Positions 9,998 through 20,416 are shown, numbered from the stretch's first letter. The stretch: DNA of 64,000 nucleotides from Candidatus Omnitrophota bacterium (GCA_013287965.1 JABDCU010000003.1:4231-68230), one strand, 5' to 3'. Numbers and translations: made by a program. The notes: generated by a model from the letters alone, not told the origin.

Positions 9998-10860
9998 ATC
10001 AATTCAATTTATATAAGTCTTATTGGCAGATGACTAAACCCGGCATTGTGATGATGGTTTTGGTCACGACCGCCTTGGGTTTTTATTTTGCCGATCATGG
10101 TTTTCACCAGCCATGGGTCTTGTTATGGACGCTCTTGGGCTCCGCATTGACCTGCGGGGGAGCAACGGTGCTCAATCAATACCTTGAGCGTGACGTGGAT
10201 GCCCTGATGCAGCGCACCAAACGTCGGCCAATCCCCATGGGCATTATTTCACCGGCAGAAGCCTTGGGATTTGGCATCAGTTTAATTTTGATGGGACTTT
10301 TGATACTTTGCTGGAAGGTCAATTTATTAACAGCTTTTTTATCTTTATTGACCTGTTTTTTATATACTTTAGTTTATACTCCCATGAAACGCTTGACCTG
10401 GCTTAATACCACCATCGGTGCCATTCCCGGAGCCATTCCGCCGCTGGGAGGATGGGCCGCGGCAACCGGCCATTTAGACCCGGGGGCTTGGATATTATTT
10501 TTGATCCTCTTTACCTGGCAGCATCCGCATTTTTACGCCATTGCCTGGATATATAAGGAAGATTACAAAAAAGCCGGGTTCAAGATGCTTCCTGTTGTCC
10601 ATCCTGACGCTAAATTTACTTTTTCTCAAATTACCGCGTTTAGTTTCTTTTTAGTCGCTTTTTCATTGATGCCGTCCTTGATGGGCATGTCGGGAAAGAT
10701 ATATTTCTGGGGAGCTCTTGCGTTGGGTGCCGGGGTCATGTACGTTGCTTTTTTATTCCAAAAGAGCCACTCTATTTTAGACGCGCGTAAAATATTAGGG
10801 GCATCCATCGCCTATCTTCCGCTTTTGCTGGTCCTGATCATCGTTGATGGTATTTTCTAA
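9994..10860 (+). CDS. ctaB: protohaem IX farnesyltransferase (haem O synthase)
   Basis: UbiA-fold; NQYLERDVDALMQRTKRRP, YTPMKR motifs; ATGA overlap with ctaA. Confidence 0.9.
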   Translation: MNQFNLYKSYWQMTKPGIVMMVLVTTALGFYFADHGFHQPWVLLWTLLGSALTCGGATVLNQYLERDVDALMQRTKRRPIPMGIISPAEALGFGISLILMGLLILCWKVNLLTAFLSLLTCFLYTLVYTPMKRLTWLNTTIGAIPGAIPPLGGWAAATGHLDPGAWILFLILFTWQHPHFYAIAWIYKEDYKKAGFKMLPVVHPDAKFTFSQITAFSFFLVAFSLMPSLMGMSGKIYFWGALALGAGVMYVAFLFQKSHSILDARKILGASIAYLPLLLVLIIVDGIF

Positions 10861-10862
10861 AC

Positions 10863-11288
10863 ATGCACCCGCCGCTTTTACCCACGATCAATGCTTCACT
10901 CAACGCTTCAGCCGGGATTTTCTTGATCTTGGGGGGTATTGCTATCAAAAATAAGGACCGTGTCAGGCACCGTATTCTGATGCTCTGCGCCTTTGCTTCT
11001 TCGACCTTGTTTTTATGCGCGTATCTTTATTATCACATTAGCTCGAGGGGAATTTCACATTATCAGGGTAAGGGGATATTGAGGACGATTTATTTTATAG
11101 TGCTCGGCACGCACACGCCTTTGGCGGTGGTGATCGTGCCTTTTATCATCATGGCCATCCGTCATGCTTTACGGGGGGAATTTGAAAAACACACCCGCAT
11201 TACCCGCTGGCTTTATCCAACGTGGCTTTATGTATCAGTGACAGGCGTCGTTGTTTATCTGATGCTTTATATTCTTCCGCAGGCTTAA
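10863..11288 (+). CDS. DUF420 family membrane protein
   Basis: 141 aa, 4 TM, N-terminal LPTINASLNASAGIFLILG pattern; typical neighbour of haem A/oxidase genes. Confidence 0.65.
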   Translation: MHPPLLPTINASLNASAGIFLILGGIAIKNKDRVRHRILMLCAFASSTLFLCAYLYYHISSRGISHYQGKGILRTIYFIVLGTHTPLAVVIVPFIIMAIRHALRGEFEKHTRITRWLYPTWLYVSVTGVVVYLMLYILPQA

Positions 11289-11593
11289 GCAGTTTTTGGC
11301 TTAATTCCGATCCGAAATCTCTTCTTGGCTTGTGCCCAAACAAAATCAAACTGACCAAAAATAGTCCCGAAGAATATCAAACCGACCTGATAGGCGGGAG
11401 GGATGAGTGGAATGTAAACTAAAACAACGATCCAAAAAGGTGTGTGGGGTGTAATGCCAACCAGATGAAAGATGACCTTTTTAACCGGTAAAATAGTCAT
11501 CCCGGCCAGGGAATAGGTCAACATGATCAACCAAAAATCCCGGTCAGTTTGAATATTCCACTTATTCATTAACCAAGCTTTGGGATTCATCAC
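11285..11593 (-). CDS. small polytopic membrane protein, function unknown (DUF6787-like)
   Basis: 102 aa, 2-3 TM; ATGA overlap with ferredoxin gene upstream. Confidence 0.45.
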   Translation of the reverse strand: MMNPKAWLMNKWNIQTDRDFWLIMLTYSLAGMTILPVKKVIFHLVGITPHTPFWIVVLVYIPLIPPAYQVGLIFFGTIFGQFDFVWAQAKKRFRIGIKPKTA

Positions 11594-11874
11594 TTCTTAG
11601 GTTCAGCTAACGGAGTCTTCTTTTGGGTGATGACGGGCAATTCTTTGGACTTTGTGGCGTTGAGAGCTGTATAGCTCTTGTATTTTTCCGGGATATCGGA
11701 ATCCGCATAAATGGCCTGTACAGGGCATTCCGGGATGCAAGCGCCGCAATCAATGCAGACTTCCGGATCAATGGTCAGCATTTCTTTGTCTTCGTGAAAA
11801 CAATCCACGGGGCAAACAGTGACACAATCGGTGTATTTGCATTTGATACAAGGTTCCGTCACAATATGGGCCAT
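11590..11874 (-). CDS. fdxA: 7Fe ferredoxin ([3Fe-4S][4Fe-4S], FdxA type)
   Basis: MAHIVTEPCIKCKYTDCVTVCPVDCF ... CIDCGACIPECP; start moved to ATG 11874 (AGGAG 7 nt upstream), which clears the upstream gene. Confidence 0.9.
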   Translation of the reverse strand: MAHIVTEPCIKCKYTDCVTVCPVDCFHEDKEMLTIDPEVCIDCGACIPECPVQAIYADSDIPEKYKSYTALNATKSKELPVITQKKTPLAEPKK

Positions 11875-11884
11875 ATCAATCTCC

Positions 11885-13444
11885 TTAATGAACCGGTGCC
11901 AGCACAGGGATATTTTGGGCCTCTGTGCGCACACGGACAGTACGGTTTAAAAATTTAGTTGTTGGTTGGTCATTCATGTTCTTGCCCTGGATGGTCCTCA
12001 GCATTTTTTCGGCAAAATAATGCACAAAGGCTTTGAAGCCATGCAATTTTCTCAGGAAATCCCCGACGGAATTGATGGAAATGAACATGCTCCAGATCTG
12101 CTTGGGCCTTAAATAAAATTCCTTAAGGCCGATATCAATATGCTCATCAATGTCTTTATGGGAAAATTGCGGATAGGAAAGCAGGGTGCGCTGTTCGCCT
12201 GCTTCAGTCAACCAGTCTTTCCAATCCTTGGCTAAAATATAATTATTTTCACGGGCCCATTTATACAGCGATGTGCCTGGATACGAGGCCACACCGGTGA
12301 TCTGGATGGTGTCTAAGGGCATGGACTTGGCGAAATCAATAGTTTTACGGGCAGATTCTTTGGTTTCACCAGGAGCACCGATCATAAAGCAGCCATGAAT
12401 GGTGAATCCAAGGCGATGGGCTTCTTTGGAATATTCATGGGCCATATCCACCGACACGCCGCCTTTGCGGATGACGCGTAAATTTTCATCAGTGCCGAAT
12501 TCAAAACCTGTCATCAGCATGCGGCAGCCGGATTCACGCATTAAAGGCAGAAGACTTAGATCAGTGTTCACGCGCATATTGCACGACCAGCTGATGCGTT
12601 TATTGATCCCTTTAGCAATGATGAGATTGCAGACATCAATGACATGCTGGCGTTCTGCCGCGAAGGTGTCTGTTTCAAACATGATCTCGCGGATCTGCGG
12701 ATGAAGTTTTAAATTGTGTTCCATTTCAGCGACGACCAGATCAGCCCGGCGATTGCGTAATTTATAACCATACATCAATTGAGGATCACGGCAAAAAGTG
12801 CAGGCATTATTACAGCCGCGGCCGGTGATCAGGGTCAAAAAGGGGAATTTTTTGCCGCCGTCAGGATACCATTCCGGCTGGATCAGTTGCCAGGCAGGGA
12901 AAGGAAGCTCGTTGACGTCAATATCAGGGCGGGGCATGTTCTTAATGACTTGTGCCTCTTTAACCCAGCAAAGTCCTAGATTTTTATCGTCGGCAACGCC
13001 ATTAGCCAGATCGCGCAGGGTATAATCGTATTCACGGGGCAGGATATAATCCACGACCCCGCGGCCAATTTCAAAAGTATTATCAATTTCAGCAGTGGCA
13101 TGCTGGCCCACAAAAACGACCTTGCATTTAGCGCGGTTTTTGATGATCTGGGCTTGTTCAATATCGGAATAAATGGAAGGCGTGGTTACATGCATGACCA
13201 AAAGGTCAGGCTTGAGATCCACGGTTGTTTCAATGGACTCTTCGGCAGTGAAATTACGCGCGGCCGCTTCGACAAAATGAGTGTCATGACCGGCGTCAAT
13301 AAGCACCTGGGCCGCGGTCAGCAAATACTCAGGATGGCGTTGGACACGCCCACGAGACTTAGCTGCCCACCGGGCCACACGCACGAAATTGTCGCCAAAG
13401 GAAGGGTTAAGAATTACTACTTTCATGATGTTTCTATAGTACAT
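11885..13444 (-). CDS. B12-binding (class B) radical SAM enzyme
   Basis: N-terminal cobalamin-binding-type domain (MKVVILNPSF...), CNNACTFC = Cx3Cx2C cluster motif; start may be ATG 13426. Confidence 0.85.
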   Translation of the reverse strand: MYYRNIMKVVILNPSFGDNFVRVARWAAKSRGRVQRHPEYLLTAAQVLIDAGHDTHFVEAAARNFTAEESIETTVDLKPDLLVMHVTTPSIYSDIEQAQIIKNRAKCKVVFVGQHATAEIDNTFEIGRGVVDYILPREYDYTLRDLANGVADDKNLGLCWVKEAQVIKNMPRPDIDVNELPFPAWQLIQPEWYPDGGKKFPFLTLITGRGCNNACTFCRDPQLMYGYKLRNRRADLVVAEMEHNLKLHPQIREIMFETDTFAAERQHVIDVCNLIIAKGINKRISWSCNMRVNTDLSLLPLMRESGCRMLMTGFEFGTDENLRVIRKGGVSVDMAHEYSKEAHRLGFTIHGCFMIGAPGETKESARKTIDFAKSMPLDTIQITGVASYPGTSLYKWARENNYILAKDWKDWLTEAGEQRTLLSYPQFSHKDIDEHIDIGLKEFYLRPKQIWSMFISINSVGDFLRKLHGFKAFVHYFAEKMLRTIQGKNMNDQPTTKFLNRTVRVRTEAQNIPVLAPVH

Positions 13445-13505
13445 CGGGGGGTTTTAGGCTGCAATAGTTATTTAAAAATTCTATTTCCGTGCTATATTAC
13501 CTACT

Positions 13506-13940
13506 ATGAAAATGTTGATTAGCTTAGTGCTTTTGATCTTTGTTTTTAGCTCATGCCAGCAGGCTCCCAAGCAGGAATCAAGATCCATTTGGAAGCCGTA
13601 TAGCAAGCAGGCCATTGCGGATTCCATTGCCCATCATAAACCTGTGGTGATTGATTTTTTTGCTGAATGGTGCCCGAATTGCCATGAATTGGACCGGACT
13701 GTTTTTTCTCTGCCTCAAGTCCAGGCCAAACTGGCCCAAGTCACGGCTTTAAGGATGGATGCCACTAATCAGGATGACTCTGAAGTACAAAAAATAATCC
13801 AGGAATACGGGGTTGAAGGGGTGCCTACGGTCATCTTTTTAGACAGCAAGGGTCAGGAAGTCAAAGATTCCAGGGTCATAGGGCTTGTGACGCCGGAAGA
13901 GTTTTTGCAAGCGTTTGCTATGCTAAAAATATTTAAATAG
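13506..13940 (+). CDS. exported thioredoxin-fold lipoprotein (thiol:disulfide oxidoreductase)
   Basis: Lipobox LIFVFSSC; WCPNC active site; upstream of msrB/msrA. Confidence 0.75.
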   Translation: MKMLISLVLLIFVFSSCQQAPKQESRSIWKPYSKQAIADSIAHHKPVVIDFFAEWCPNCHELDRTVFSLPQVQAKLAQVTALRMDATNQDDSEVQKIIQEYGVEGVPTVIFLDSKGQEVKDSRVIGLVTPEEFLQAFAMLKIFK

Positions 13941-13947
13941 AGGGATT

Positions 13948-14490
13948 ATGAAAAGAGATTGCTTCGTCGTCCCGCCCCGGGCGGGACTCCTTGCAATGAC
14001 AGTATTGCTAATTCTTATAGGAGGCTTAGCCATGGCTCAATCAACTCAAAATACGATCGATGTTTATGATGCTTCCTCTAATTCCGTCATACAAACCCAA
14101 AAAGTAGTAAAGACAGAGGAAGAATGGAAGAAAATATTGACCGCGCAGCAATATGAGGTGACTCGAGGGCAAGGGACAGAAGCCCCTTTTACCGGAGAGT
14201 ATGTTAATAATCACCGTAAAGGTATCTATAAATGCGTTGGCTGCGGGCTGGACCTGTTTTCGTCAGAGGATAAATTTGAATCCGGCACCGGCTGGCCCAG
14301 TTTCACCAGGCCTATCAATAAATTAAATGTTGCTTACGTAAAAGATGATAGTCTTTTTATGACCCGTATCGAAGTGCATTGCCCGCGCTGCGGGGCGCAT
14401 TTGGGCCATGTTTTTGATGACGGTCCGGCGCCGACGGGCAAGCGTTTCTGCATGAATTCAGCGGCGCTCAAATTTGTGGAGCAGAAATGA
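13948..14490 (+). CDS. msrB: peptide-methionine (R)-S-oxide reductase, exported
   Basis: CVGCGLDLF ... CPRCGAHLGHVFDDGP ... RFCMNSAAL; SD AGAGGGA before ATG 13948; alternative start ATG 13996 supplied by the repeat. Confidence 0.9.
   Translation: MKRDCFVVPPRAGLLAMTVLLILIGGLAMAQSTQNTIDVYDASSNSVIQTQKVVKTEEEWKKILTAQQYEVTRGQGTEAPFTGEYVNNHRKGIYKCVGCGLDLFSSEDKFESGTGWPSFTRPINKLNVAYVKDDSLFMTRIEVHCPRCGAHLGHVFDDGPAPTGKRFCMNSAALKFVEQK
13954..14001 (+). repeat. hairpin (REP-like) repeat inside the msrB 5' end
   Basis: AGAGATTGCTTCGTC-GTCCCGCC-CCG-GGCGGGAC-TCCTTGCAATGACA; perfect 8-bp inner stem. Confidence 0.8.
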
Positions 14491-15089
14491 AACTATTATC
14501 ACTGATCGCTGCTATTTTTTTAATTTCAAGTACAGCACAAGCACAGGAGGCGGGTATGAAGGATACAAATTTGGAATTAGCGACTTTTGCCGGCGGGTGT
14601 TTTTGGTGCATGCAGCCGTTTTTTGACAATACCAAGGGAGTCAAAAAAACAACAGTTGGTTACATCGGCGGGCATGAGGCCAATCCTACTTATGAAGATG
14701 TCTCTTCGGGCAGCACCGGCCATGCGGAAGCCATCCAAGTAGAATTCGATCCCAAGGTGGTTTCTTATGAAAAATTGTTAGACCTTTACTGGCACAACAT
14801 TGACCCGACACAAGTCAATGGCCAATTTGTGGATGAAGGCACGCAATACCGTACGGCCATTTTTTACCACAGCGATGATCAAAAACGCATCGCAGAGCAA
14901 TCCAAGAAAGCCCTGGGGCTTTCCGGCCGTTTTGATAAACCCATTGTGACCCAAATCGTGCCGGCAACCGTCTTTTATCCGGCGGAAGAGTACCATCAAA
15001 AATATTACTTGAAAAGCACTTTTCAATACAATATGTATCATGACAATTCCGGGCGTCATGAATACGAAGAGAAGATTTGGCATAAATAA
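14487..15089 (+). CDS. msrA: peptide-methionine (S)-S-oxide reductase, exported
   Basis: Signal peptide MKLLSLIAAIFLISSTAQA; GGCFWCMQ active site; ATGA overlap with msrB. Confidence 0.9.
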   Translation: MKLLSLIAAIFLISSTAQAQEAGMKDTNLELATFAGGCFWCMQPFFDNTKGVKKTTVGYIGGHEANPTYEDVSSGSTGHAEAIQVEFDPKVVSYEKLLDLYWHNIDPTQVNGQFVDEGTQYRTAIFYHSDDQKRIAEQSKKALGLSGRFDKPIVTQIVPATVFYPAEEYHQKYYLKSTFQYNMYHDNSGRHEYEEKIWHK

Positions 15090-15790
15090 TGCCTAAATTA
15101 TACTTAGTCCCCAACAGCATCAATGAAACCTCGGCAATCTCCGGGATTGACAAGGTCAATTACAGTGAAATCAAAGATGTGCGGGTGTTTTTTGTGGAAG
15201 AGCCCAAATCAGCCCGCCGGCTTCTTAAAAGTTTGAACGCCCAGTTTCCCTTTGGCGAATGCCGCTTTTTTGACCTTAACGAACACAGTAATCCTAAACA
15301 AATTCAAGAATATGCCAAAATCCTCAAAGAAGAGGATTGTGCTATTATTTCAGAAGCCGGATGCCCCTGTGTGGCTGACCCCGGCGCTGATCTGGTATTT
15401 TTAGCCCACCAGGACCAGATTGAGGTCATTCCTTTGGTCGGGCCATCGTCTATCCTGCTGGCATTAATGGCCTCAGGTTTGAATGGACAGAATTTCGCTT
15501 TTTATGGTTATTTGCCCAAAGACCGGCAGGAGAGGTCCCAAAAAATTAAAATGTTGGAAGACCGCTCTCTAAAAGAGAAGCAGGCCCAACTTTTTATGGA
15601 AACACCATACCGCAATCAAAGCCTCCTGGAAGATATTTTAGCTGCAGCCCAGGACAAAACCCTTCTTTGCATTGCCTGTGATATCACAGGGCCGCATCAG
15701 ATCATCAAAACGATGAGCATCAAAGAATGGAAGAAACATCCGCTTAATATTGACAAAAAACCCGCCCTTTTCCTGCTTCAAAAGATATAG
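15089..15790 (+). CDS. tetrapyrrole-methylase-fold SAM-dependent methyltransferase (RsmI/YraL-like)
   Basis: ISEAGCPCVADPGADL and LVGPSSILLALMASG motifs. Confidence 0.7.
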   Translation: MPKLYLVPNSINETSAISGIDKVNYSEIKDVRVFFVEEPKSARRLLKSLNAQFPFGECRFFDLNEHSNPKQIQEYAKILKEEDCAIISEAGCPCVADPGADLVFLAHQDQIEVIPLVGPSSILLALMASGLNGQNFAFYGYLPKDRQERSQKIKMLEDRSLKEKQAQLFMETPYRNQSLLEDILAAAQDKTLLCIACDITGPHQIIKTMSIKEWKKHPLNIDKKPALFLLQKI

Positions 15791-15798
15791 TCTCTTTG

Positions 15799-15826
15799 TT
15801 GACGTCGGTAATATAAGGCCTATAAT
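15799..15826 (+). promoter_or_regulatory. putative promoter of acnA
   Basis: TTGACG (15799-15804), 16-nt spacer, TATAAT (15821-15826). Confidence 0.55.
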
Positions 15827-15867
15827 AAAATGACGCTGTGAACCGTATTATTACAGGGAGTTGTCCT

Positions 15868-18570
15868 ATGGCCTCATTTGATAAAAGATCCGTTGCTAAA
15901 AAGCTGAAAGTCAATTCATCCCCATTTACCATTTATTCCCTGCCCGAATTCGCTAAAAAGCGGGGGCTTGATATTTCCAAACTGCCATTTTCCATCCGCA
16001 TCCTTTTAGAAAGCGCTCTGCGTAATTTTGATAATTATCAGGTCACTGAAAAAGATATCAATACCATCGTCGCCTGGAAGCCCAACGAGAAGAAAGATGA
16101 GATCGCCTTTAAACCCGGCCGCGTCATCCTACAGGATTTTACCGGGGTTCCTTGCGTGGTAGACATGGCTGCCATGCGCGATGCCATGAAGAATTTGAAG
16201 GGGGACATTAAGAAAATAAATCCGCAGGTGCAATGCGACCTGGTCATTGACCATTCCGTGCAGGTAGATTCTTTTGGTACGCCTAAAGCCTTGGGTGAAA
16301 ACGTTACTCTGGAATTTGAACGCAATGAGGAACGCTATGAATTCCTGAAGTGGGGACAAAGCGCCTTGCAGGATTTTAGGGTGGTGCCGCCGGCCACGGG
16401 CATTGTGCATCAGGTCAATCTTGAATATCTGGCCAAAGGTGTTTTAAAGAAAAAGGACGGCAAAGATACGGTGGCTTATCCTGACAGCTGCGTCGGTACC
16501 GATTCGCATACCACCATGATCAATGGCCTTGGCATTGTTGGTTGGGGTGTGGGCGGGATCGAGGCTGAATCCGTTATGTTGGGCGAACCCATTTATATGC
16601 TTATGCCGGAAGTCGTGGGCTTTCGTATTAAAGGAAAATTAAAAGATGGCGTTACTGCGACTGATCTGGTCCTCACCGTCACACAAATTTTGCGTAAAAA
16701 AGGTGTCGTGGAAAAATTTGTGGAATTTTTTGGTGAAGGGCTGCAATATTTGCCGCTGCCGGACCGTGCCACCATTGCCAACATGGCGCCGGAATATGGG
16801 GCAACCATTGGTTTATTCCCTATTGATGATGAAACGCTTGCTTATTTAAAATTATCCGGAAGAACTGCGGCAGAAGTGGCTTTAGTGGAAAAATATTATA
16901 AAGCCCAGGGCATGTTCTATACGGCCAAAACACCTGAATGTATTTATTCCGATATTTTAGAATTAGACCTGTCAACCGTCGAGCCTTGCCTGGCAGGCCC
17001 CAAGCGGCCGCAAGACAGGGTGGCGTTAAAAGACCTGAAAACTAATTTCGCACAATCCTTAACTGCGGACATTGCTTCCCGTGGTTATGGTTTAGCTTCG
17101 GGTGACCTGAATAAAACAGTAGCCGTTGAAAATGGAAAGAGCAACGAATCCCTTGCTCATGGGTCTGTTGTTATCGCGGCCATCACTTCTTGCACCAACA
17201 CCTCAAACCCATCGGTGCTGATCGCTGCCGGGCTTTTGGCTAAAAAAGCCGTTGAAAAGGGCTTGATGCCGCCTCATTATGTTAAAACCTCTTTTGCTCC
17301 GGGCTCACAGGTGGTGGAAGAATATTTAAGGACAGCCGGCTTATTGAAATTTTTGGATAAGATCAGGTTTAATATCGTGGGCTATGGATGCACCACCTGT
17401 ATCGGGAACTCCGGCCCCTTGCCTGAGCCGGTGGCCAATGCTATCAATAAAGGCAACTTGGTTGCAGCGGCAGTACTTTCCGGTAACCGTAATTTTGAAG
17501 GCCGTGTGAATCCGTATACCAAAGCAAATTTCCTGGCTTCACCGCCCTTAGTCGTGGCCTATGCCTTGGCTGGGCGCGTGGACATTGATTTAAACAATGA
17601 ATCTCTGGGCAAAGATAAAAAAGGTAAGGCCGTGTTTCTCAAGGATATTTGGCCGACTCAAAAAGAAACCGCCTTGGCGGTGCGCAAATTTGTCAAAGCT
17701 GCCATTTTCCGCCGCTGCTATAAGAACGTGGACCGTGGCAATAAAAACTGGAATGCCATTAAAACCACTAAGTCTGATCTTTTTAACTGGGATGACAAAA
17801 GCACCTATATTCAAAATCCGCCTTATTTTGTGGGCATGAAATCAAGCGTTGATCCCATTAATGGCATCGCCCAAGCCAGATGTTTGGTCATGGTGGCTGA
17901 TTCTGTTACCACCGACCATATTTCTCCTGCAGGGGCCATTGCCAAGGATTCTCCGGCTGGAAAATATTTGATGGAGCAGGGGGTAACACCTAAAGATTTT
18001 AATAGCTACGGCGCCCGTCGGGGTAATGATCGCATCATGACCCGCGGCACTTTTGCCAATATCCGTTTGCGCAATTTAACAGCGCCTGGCACGGAAGGCC
18101 CGTGGACCACGTATTGGCCTTCCAAAGAAAAAATGTTCATTTATGACGCAGCCATGAAGTACAAAGAAAGCAAAACACCGCTGATCGTCCTGGCTGGCAA
18201 AGAATACGGCACCGGCTCTTCCCGCGATTGGGCGGCTAAAGGTACCACCTTGCTTGGCATCCGGGCCGTCATTGCGGAGAGCTTTGAACGTATTCATCGC
18301 AGTAATTTATGCGGCATGGGTGTTCTGCCTTGTGTCTTTAAGCCGGGTGAGAACTATGCTTCTCTGGGATTAAAAGGGGACGAGACCTTTAATTTTACAA
18401 ATCTGGACAATAACTTAAAACCCCGTCAGGAACTGACCATTGAAGCGGTTTTATCCGATGGCAGCAAAAAGCAATTTAATGTCATTGCCCGTGTCGACAC
18501 GCCGGTGGAAGTGGACTATTTACGTAACGGTGGGATTTTGCAGACTGTTTTGAGGAAATTGGCAAAGTAA
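15868..18570 (+). CDS. acnA: aconitate hydratase A
   Basis: Full-length AcnA/IRP-type ([29 protein letters not shown]); start set to ATG 15868 (GGGAG SD) rather than GTG 15838. Confidence 0.95.
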   Translation: MASFDKRSVAKKLKVNSSPFTIYSLPEFAKKRGLDISKLPFSIRILLESALRNFDNYQVTEKDINTIVAWKPNEKKDEIAFKPGRVILQDFTGVPCVVDMAAMRDAMKNLKGDIKKINPQVQCDLVIDHSVQVDSFGTPKALGENVTLEFERNEERYEFLKWGQSALQDFRVVPPATGIVHQVNLEYLAKGVLKKKDGKDTVAYPDSCVGTDSHTTMINGLGIVGWGVGGIEAESVMLGEPIYMLMPEVVGFRIKGKLKDGVTATDLVLTVTQILRKKGVVEKFVEFFGEGLQYLPLPDRATIANMAPEYGATIGLFPIDDETLAYLKLSGRTAAEVALVEKYYKAQGMFYTAKTPECIYSDILELDLSTVEPCLAGPKRPQDRVALKDLKTNFAQSLTADIASRGYGLASGDLNKTVAVENGKSNESLAHGSVVIAAITSCTNTSNPSVLIAAGLLAKKAVEKGLMPPHYVKTSFAPGSQVVEEYLRTAGLLKFLDKIRFNIVGYGCTTCIGNSGPLPEPVANAINKGNLVAAAVLSGNRNFEGRVNPYTKANFLASPPLVVAYALAGRVDIDLNNESLGKDKKGKAVFLKDIWPTQKETALAVRKFVKAAIFRRCYKNVDRGNKNWNAIKTTKSDLFNWDDKSTYIQNPPYFVGMKSSVDPINGIAQARCLVMVADSVTTDHISPAGAIAKDSPAGKYLMEQGVTPKDFNSYGARRGNDRIMTRGTFANIRLRNLTAPGTEGPWTTYWPSKEKMFIYDAAMKYKESKTPLIVLAGKEYGTGSSRDWAAKGTTLLGIRAVIAESFERIHRSNLCGMGVLPCVFKPGENYASLGLKGDETFNFTNLDNNLKPRQELTIEAVLSDGSKKQFNVIARVDTPVEVDYLRNGGILQTVLRKLAK

Positions 18571-18576
18571 TAATTT

Positions 18577-19320
18577 ATGCGGATTTTGTTAACAAACGAC
18601 GATGGGATCTATGCGGAGGGGCTTTACGCCGCGTATAAAGAACTCAGCAAGATCGCTGACGTGACAGTGGTGGCCCCTGATTCCGAGCAAAGTTCCGTTG
18701 GGCACGGCATTACACTTTTTTATCCGCTTTTTGCCAAACGGATCTCTCCGGAGAACCATTTTAACGGGTACGCTGTCAGCGGCAAGCCCGCGGATTGTGT
18801 TAAATTTGCCATAGGTGTACTTCTTAAAGGAAAAAAGCCTGATCTGGTCATTTCCGGAATTAATTACGGCGGCAATGACGGCCAAAGTGTATTTTATTCC
18901 GGCACTGTGGCAGGGGCGCGGGAAGGTGCTTTGATGGGGATCAACTCATTTGCTGTTTCTTTGGATTGTTTTGATAATGCTGATTTTGCGATTGCCGCAA
19001 AATTCACGGCAAAATTGGCCAAATGGGTCTGTAAGAGTAGTTTGCCTAAAGGCACCTTTCTTAATGTGAATGTTCCGCCCGGCAAACCTAAGGGGACTCT
19101 CTTCACCCGTCAGGGGATAGAGCCCATTCATGGGACATTTGAAAAACGTAAAAGCCCTCATGACAAACATTATTACTGGATGGGGGCAAAAATGCCAGAC
19201 CATAAGAATGATAATGCCATTGATACCTATGCCTTAAAGAACAAGTACATTACGATAACTCCGATCCACTCAGATCTTACAGATGAGATTTTTTTGCATA
19301 AAGCGAAAAAAAGCCTATGA
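18577..19320 (+). CDS. surE: 5'/3'-nucleotidase SurE
   Basis: MRILLTNDDGIYAEGL, SGINYGGN, YSGTVAGAREG. Confidence 0.9.
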   Translation: MRILLTNDDGIYAEGLYAAYKELSKIADVTVVAPDSEQSSVGHGITLFYPLFAKRISPENHFNGYAVSGKPADCVKFAIGVLLKGKKPDLVISGINYGGNDGQSVFYSGTVAGAREGALMGINSFAVSLDCFDNADFAIAAKFTAKLAKWVCKSSLPKGTFLNVNVPPGKPKGTLFTRQGIEPIHGTFEKRKSPHDKHYYWMGAKMPDHKNDNAIDTYALKNKYITITPIHSDLTDEIFLHKAKKSL

Positions 19321-20366
19321 TCTCTGACGAAAATATCTTCGCAGCCCGTATCCTCGCCATTGACGATAATATCCTCAATATCCAAATCCTCAAAAAGATC
19401 CTTACCAACGCCGGCTTTATCAATATCACCACCACGACGGACCCGACCCGGGCCCTTGCCCTTTATAAAGAAATACAGCCTGATCTGGTCCTGCTCGATC
19501 TGAATATGCCCAAGATGGACGGTTTTGCGGTCATGCTCCAGCTGTCTGTCCTTCATCCTGATGATTATCTTCCTTTGTTGATATTGACTGCCGAAGAGGA
19601 ATCCATCCGTTTTAAGGCCCTGCAAAGCGGTGCCAAAGATTTTTTACATAAACCATATGAACATCTCGACGTGCTTTTAAAAAGCCGGAATATCATTGAA
19701 GTGCGCCTCCTGTATAATCAAATTAAAAACCACAATGCTTCTTTAGACCAACAGGTCAATGACCGGATCAAGGAGATCAGGGACACCCGTCTTGATGTCA
19801 TTCAGCGCCTGGCGGTTGCCGCGGAATTAAGGGATGCGGGTACCGGAAAACATATTTACCGCATGAGCCGTTATTGCCAGCTTTTGGCCCTGGCTGTTGG
19901 TTTTTCAAAGGAGCAGGGGGAGTTGCTGTTAACGACCTCGCCGTTGCATGATATCGGTAAGATAGCCATTCCGGATTCCATTTTACTGAAACCTTCAAGT
20001 TTGGAACCTCATGAGTTTGAGATCATCAAAACACATACCACCCTGGGAGCTCAAATGCTTTCCGGCAGTGATTCTGTTTTCCTTAAAATGGCGGAGACCA
20101 TTGCTCTGACCCATCATGAAAAATGGAATGGTGCGGGCTATCCTCACGGGATCAAAGGTGAAGAGATACCCTTGGTAGGCCGTATTTGCGCTATCGCGGA
20201 TGTGTTTGATGCTTTAAGTTCTGCCAGGCCGTATAAGAAAGCCTGGACTTTTGAAGAAACCATGACAGAAATAATGCGTTTGAAAGGGACACATTTTGAC
20301 CCTAAATTAGTTGAGGCTTTTGCAAGTGCCGCGAAGGACATTAAAGCAGTTTATGAACAGAATTAA
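19317..20366 (+). CDS. response regulator with HD-GYP domain (RpfG-like c-di-GMP phosphodiesterase)
   Basis: REC domain (DLVLLDLNMPKMDG), HD (LHDIGK) and HHEKWNGAGYP. Confidence 0.85.
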   Translation: MISDENIFAARILAIDDNILNIQILKKILTNAGFINITTTTDPTRALALYKEIQPDLVLLDLNMPKMDGFAVMLQLSVLHPDDYLPLLILTAEEESIRFKALQSGAKDFLHKPYEHLDVLLKSRNIIEVRLLYNQIKNHNASLDQQVNDRIKEIRDTRLDVIQRLAVAAELRDAGTGKHIYRMSRYCQLLALAVGFSKEQGELLLTTSPLHDIGKIAIPDSILLKPSSLEPHEFEIIKTHTTLGAQMLSGSDSVFLKMAETIALTHHEKWNGAGYPHGIKGEEIPLVGRICAIADVFDALSSARPYKKAWTFEETMTEIMRLKGTHFDPKLVEAFASAAKDIKAVYEQN

Positions 20367-20378
20367 ACGTGTTATAAT
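20350..20378 (+). promoter_or_regulatory. putative promoter of gltA
   Basis: TTTATG, 17-nt spacer, extended -10 TGtTATAAT (TATAAT 20373-20378). Confidence 0.35.
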
Positions 20379-20416
20379 AATTCACTTAATTGGTTTTTCT
20401 TAAAATAGGGGGTCTT

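Noticed and set aside
11623-11958. Plus-strand 111-aa ORF, and the 20-codon N-terminal extension of the ferredoxin ORF (to 11934)
   Set aside because: The plus ORF is antisense to the ferredoxin gene. The extension would overlap the radical SAM gene, whereas ATG 11874 has an AGGAG SD and gives the canonical MAHIVTEPC start.
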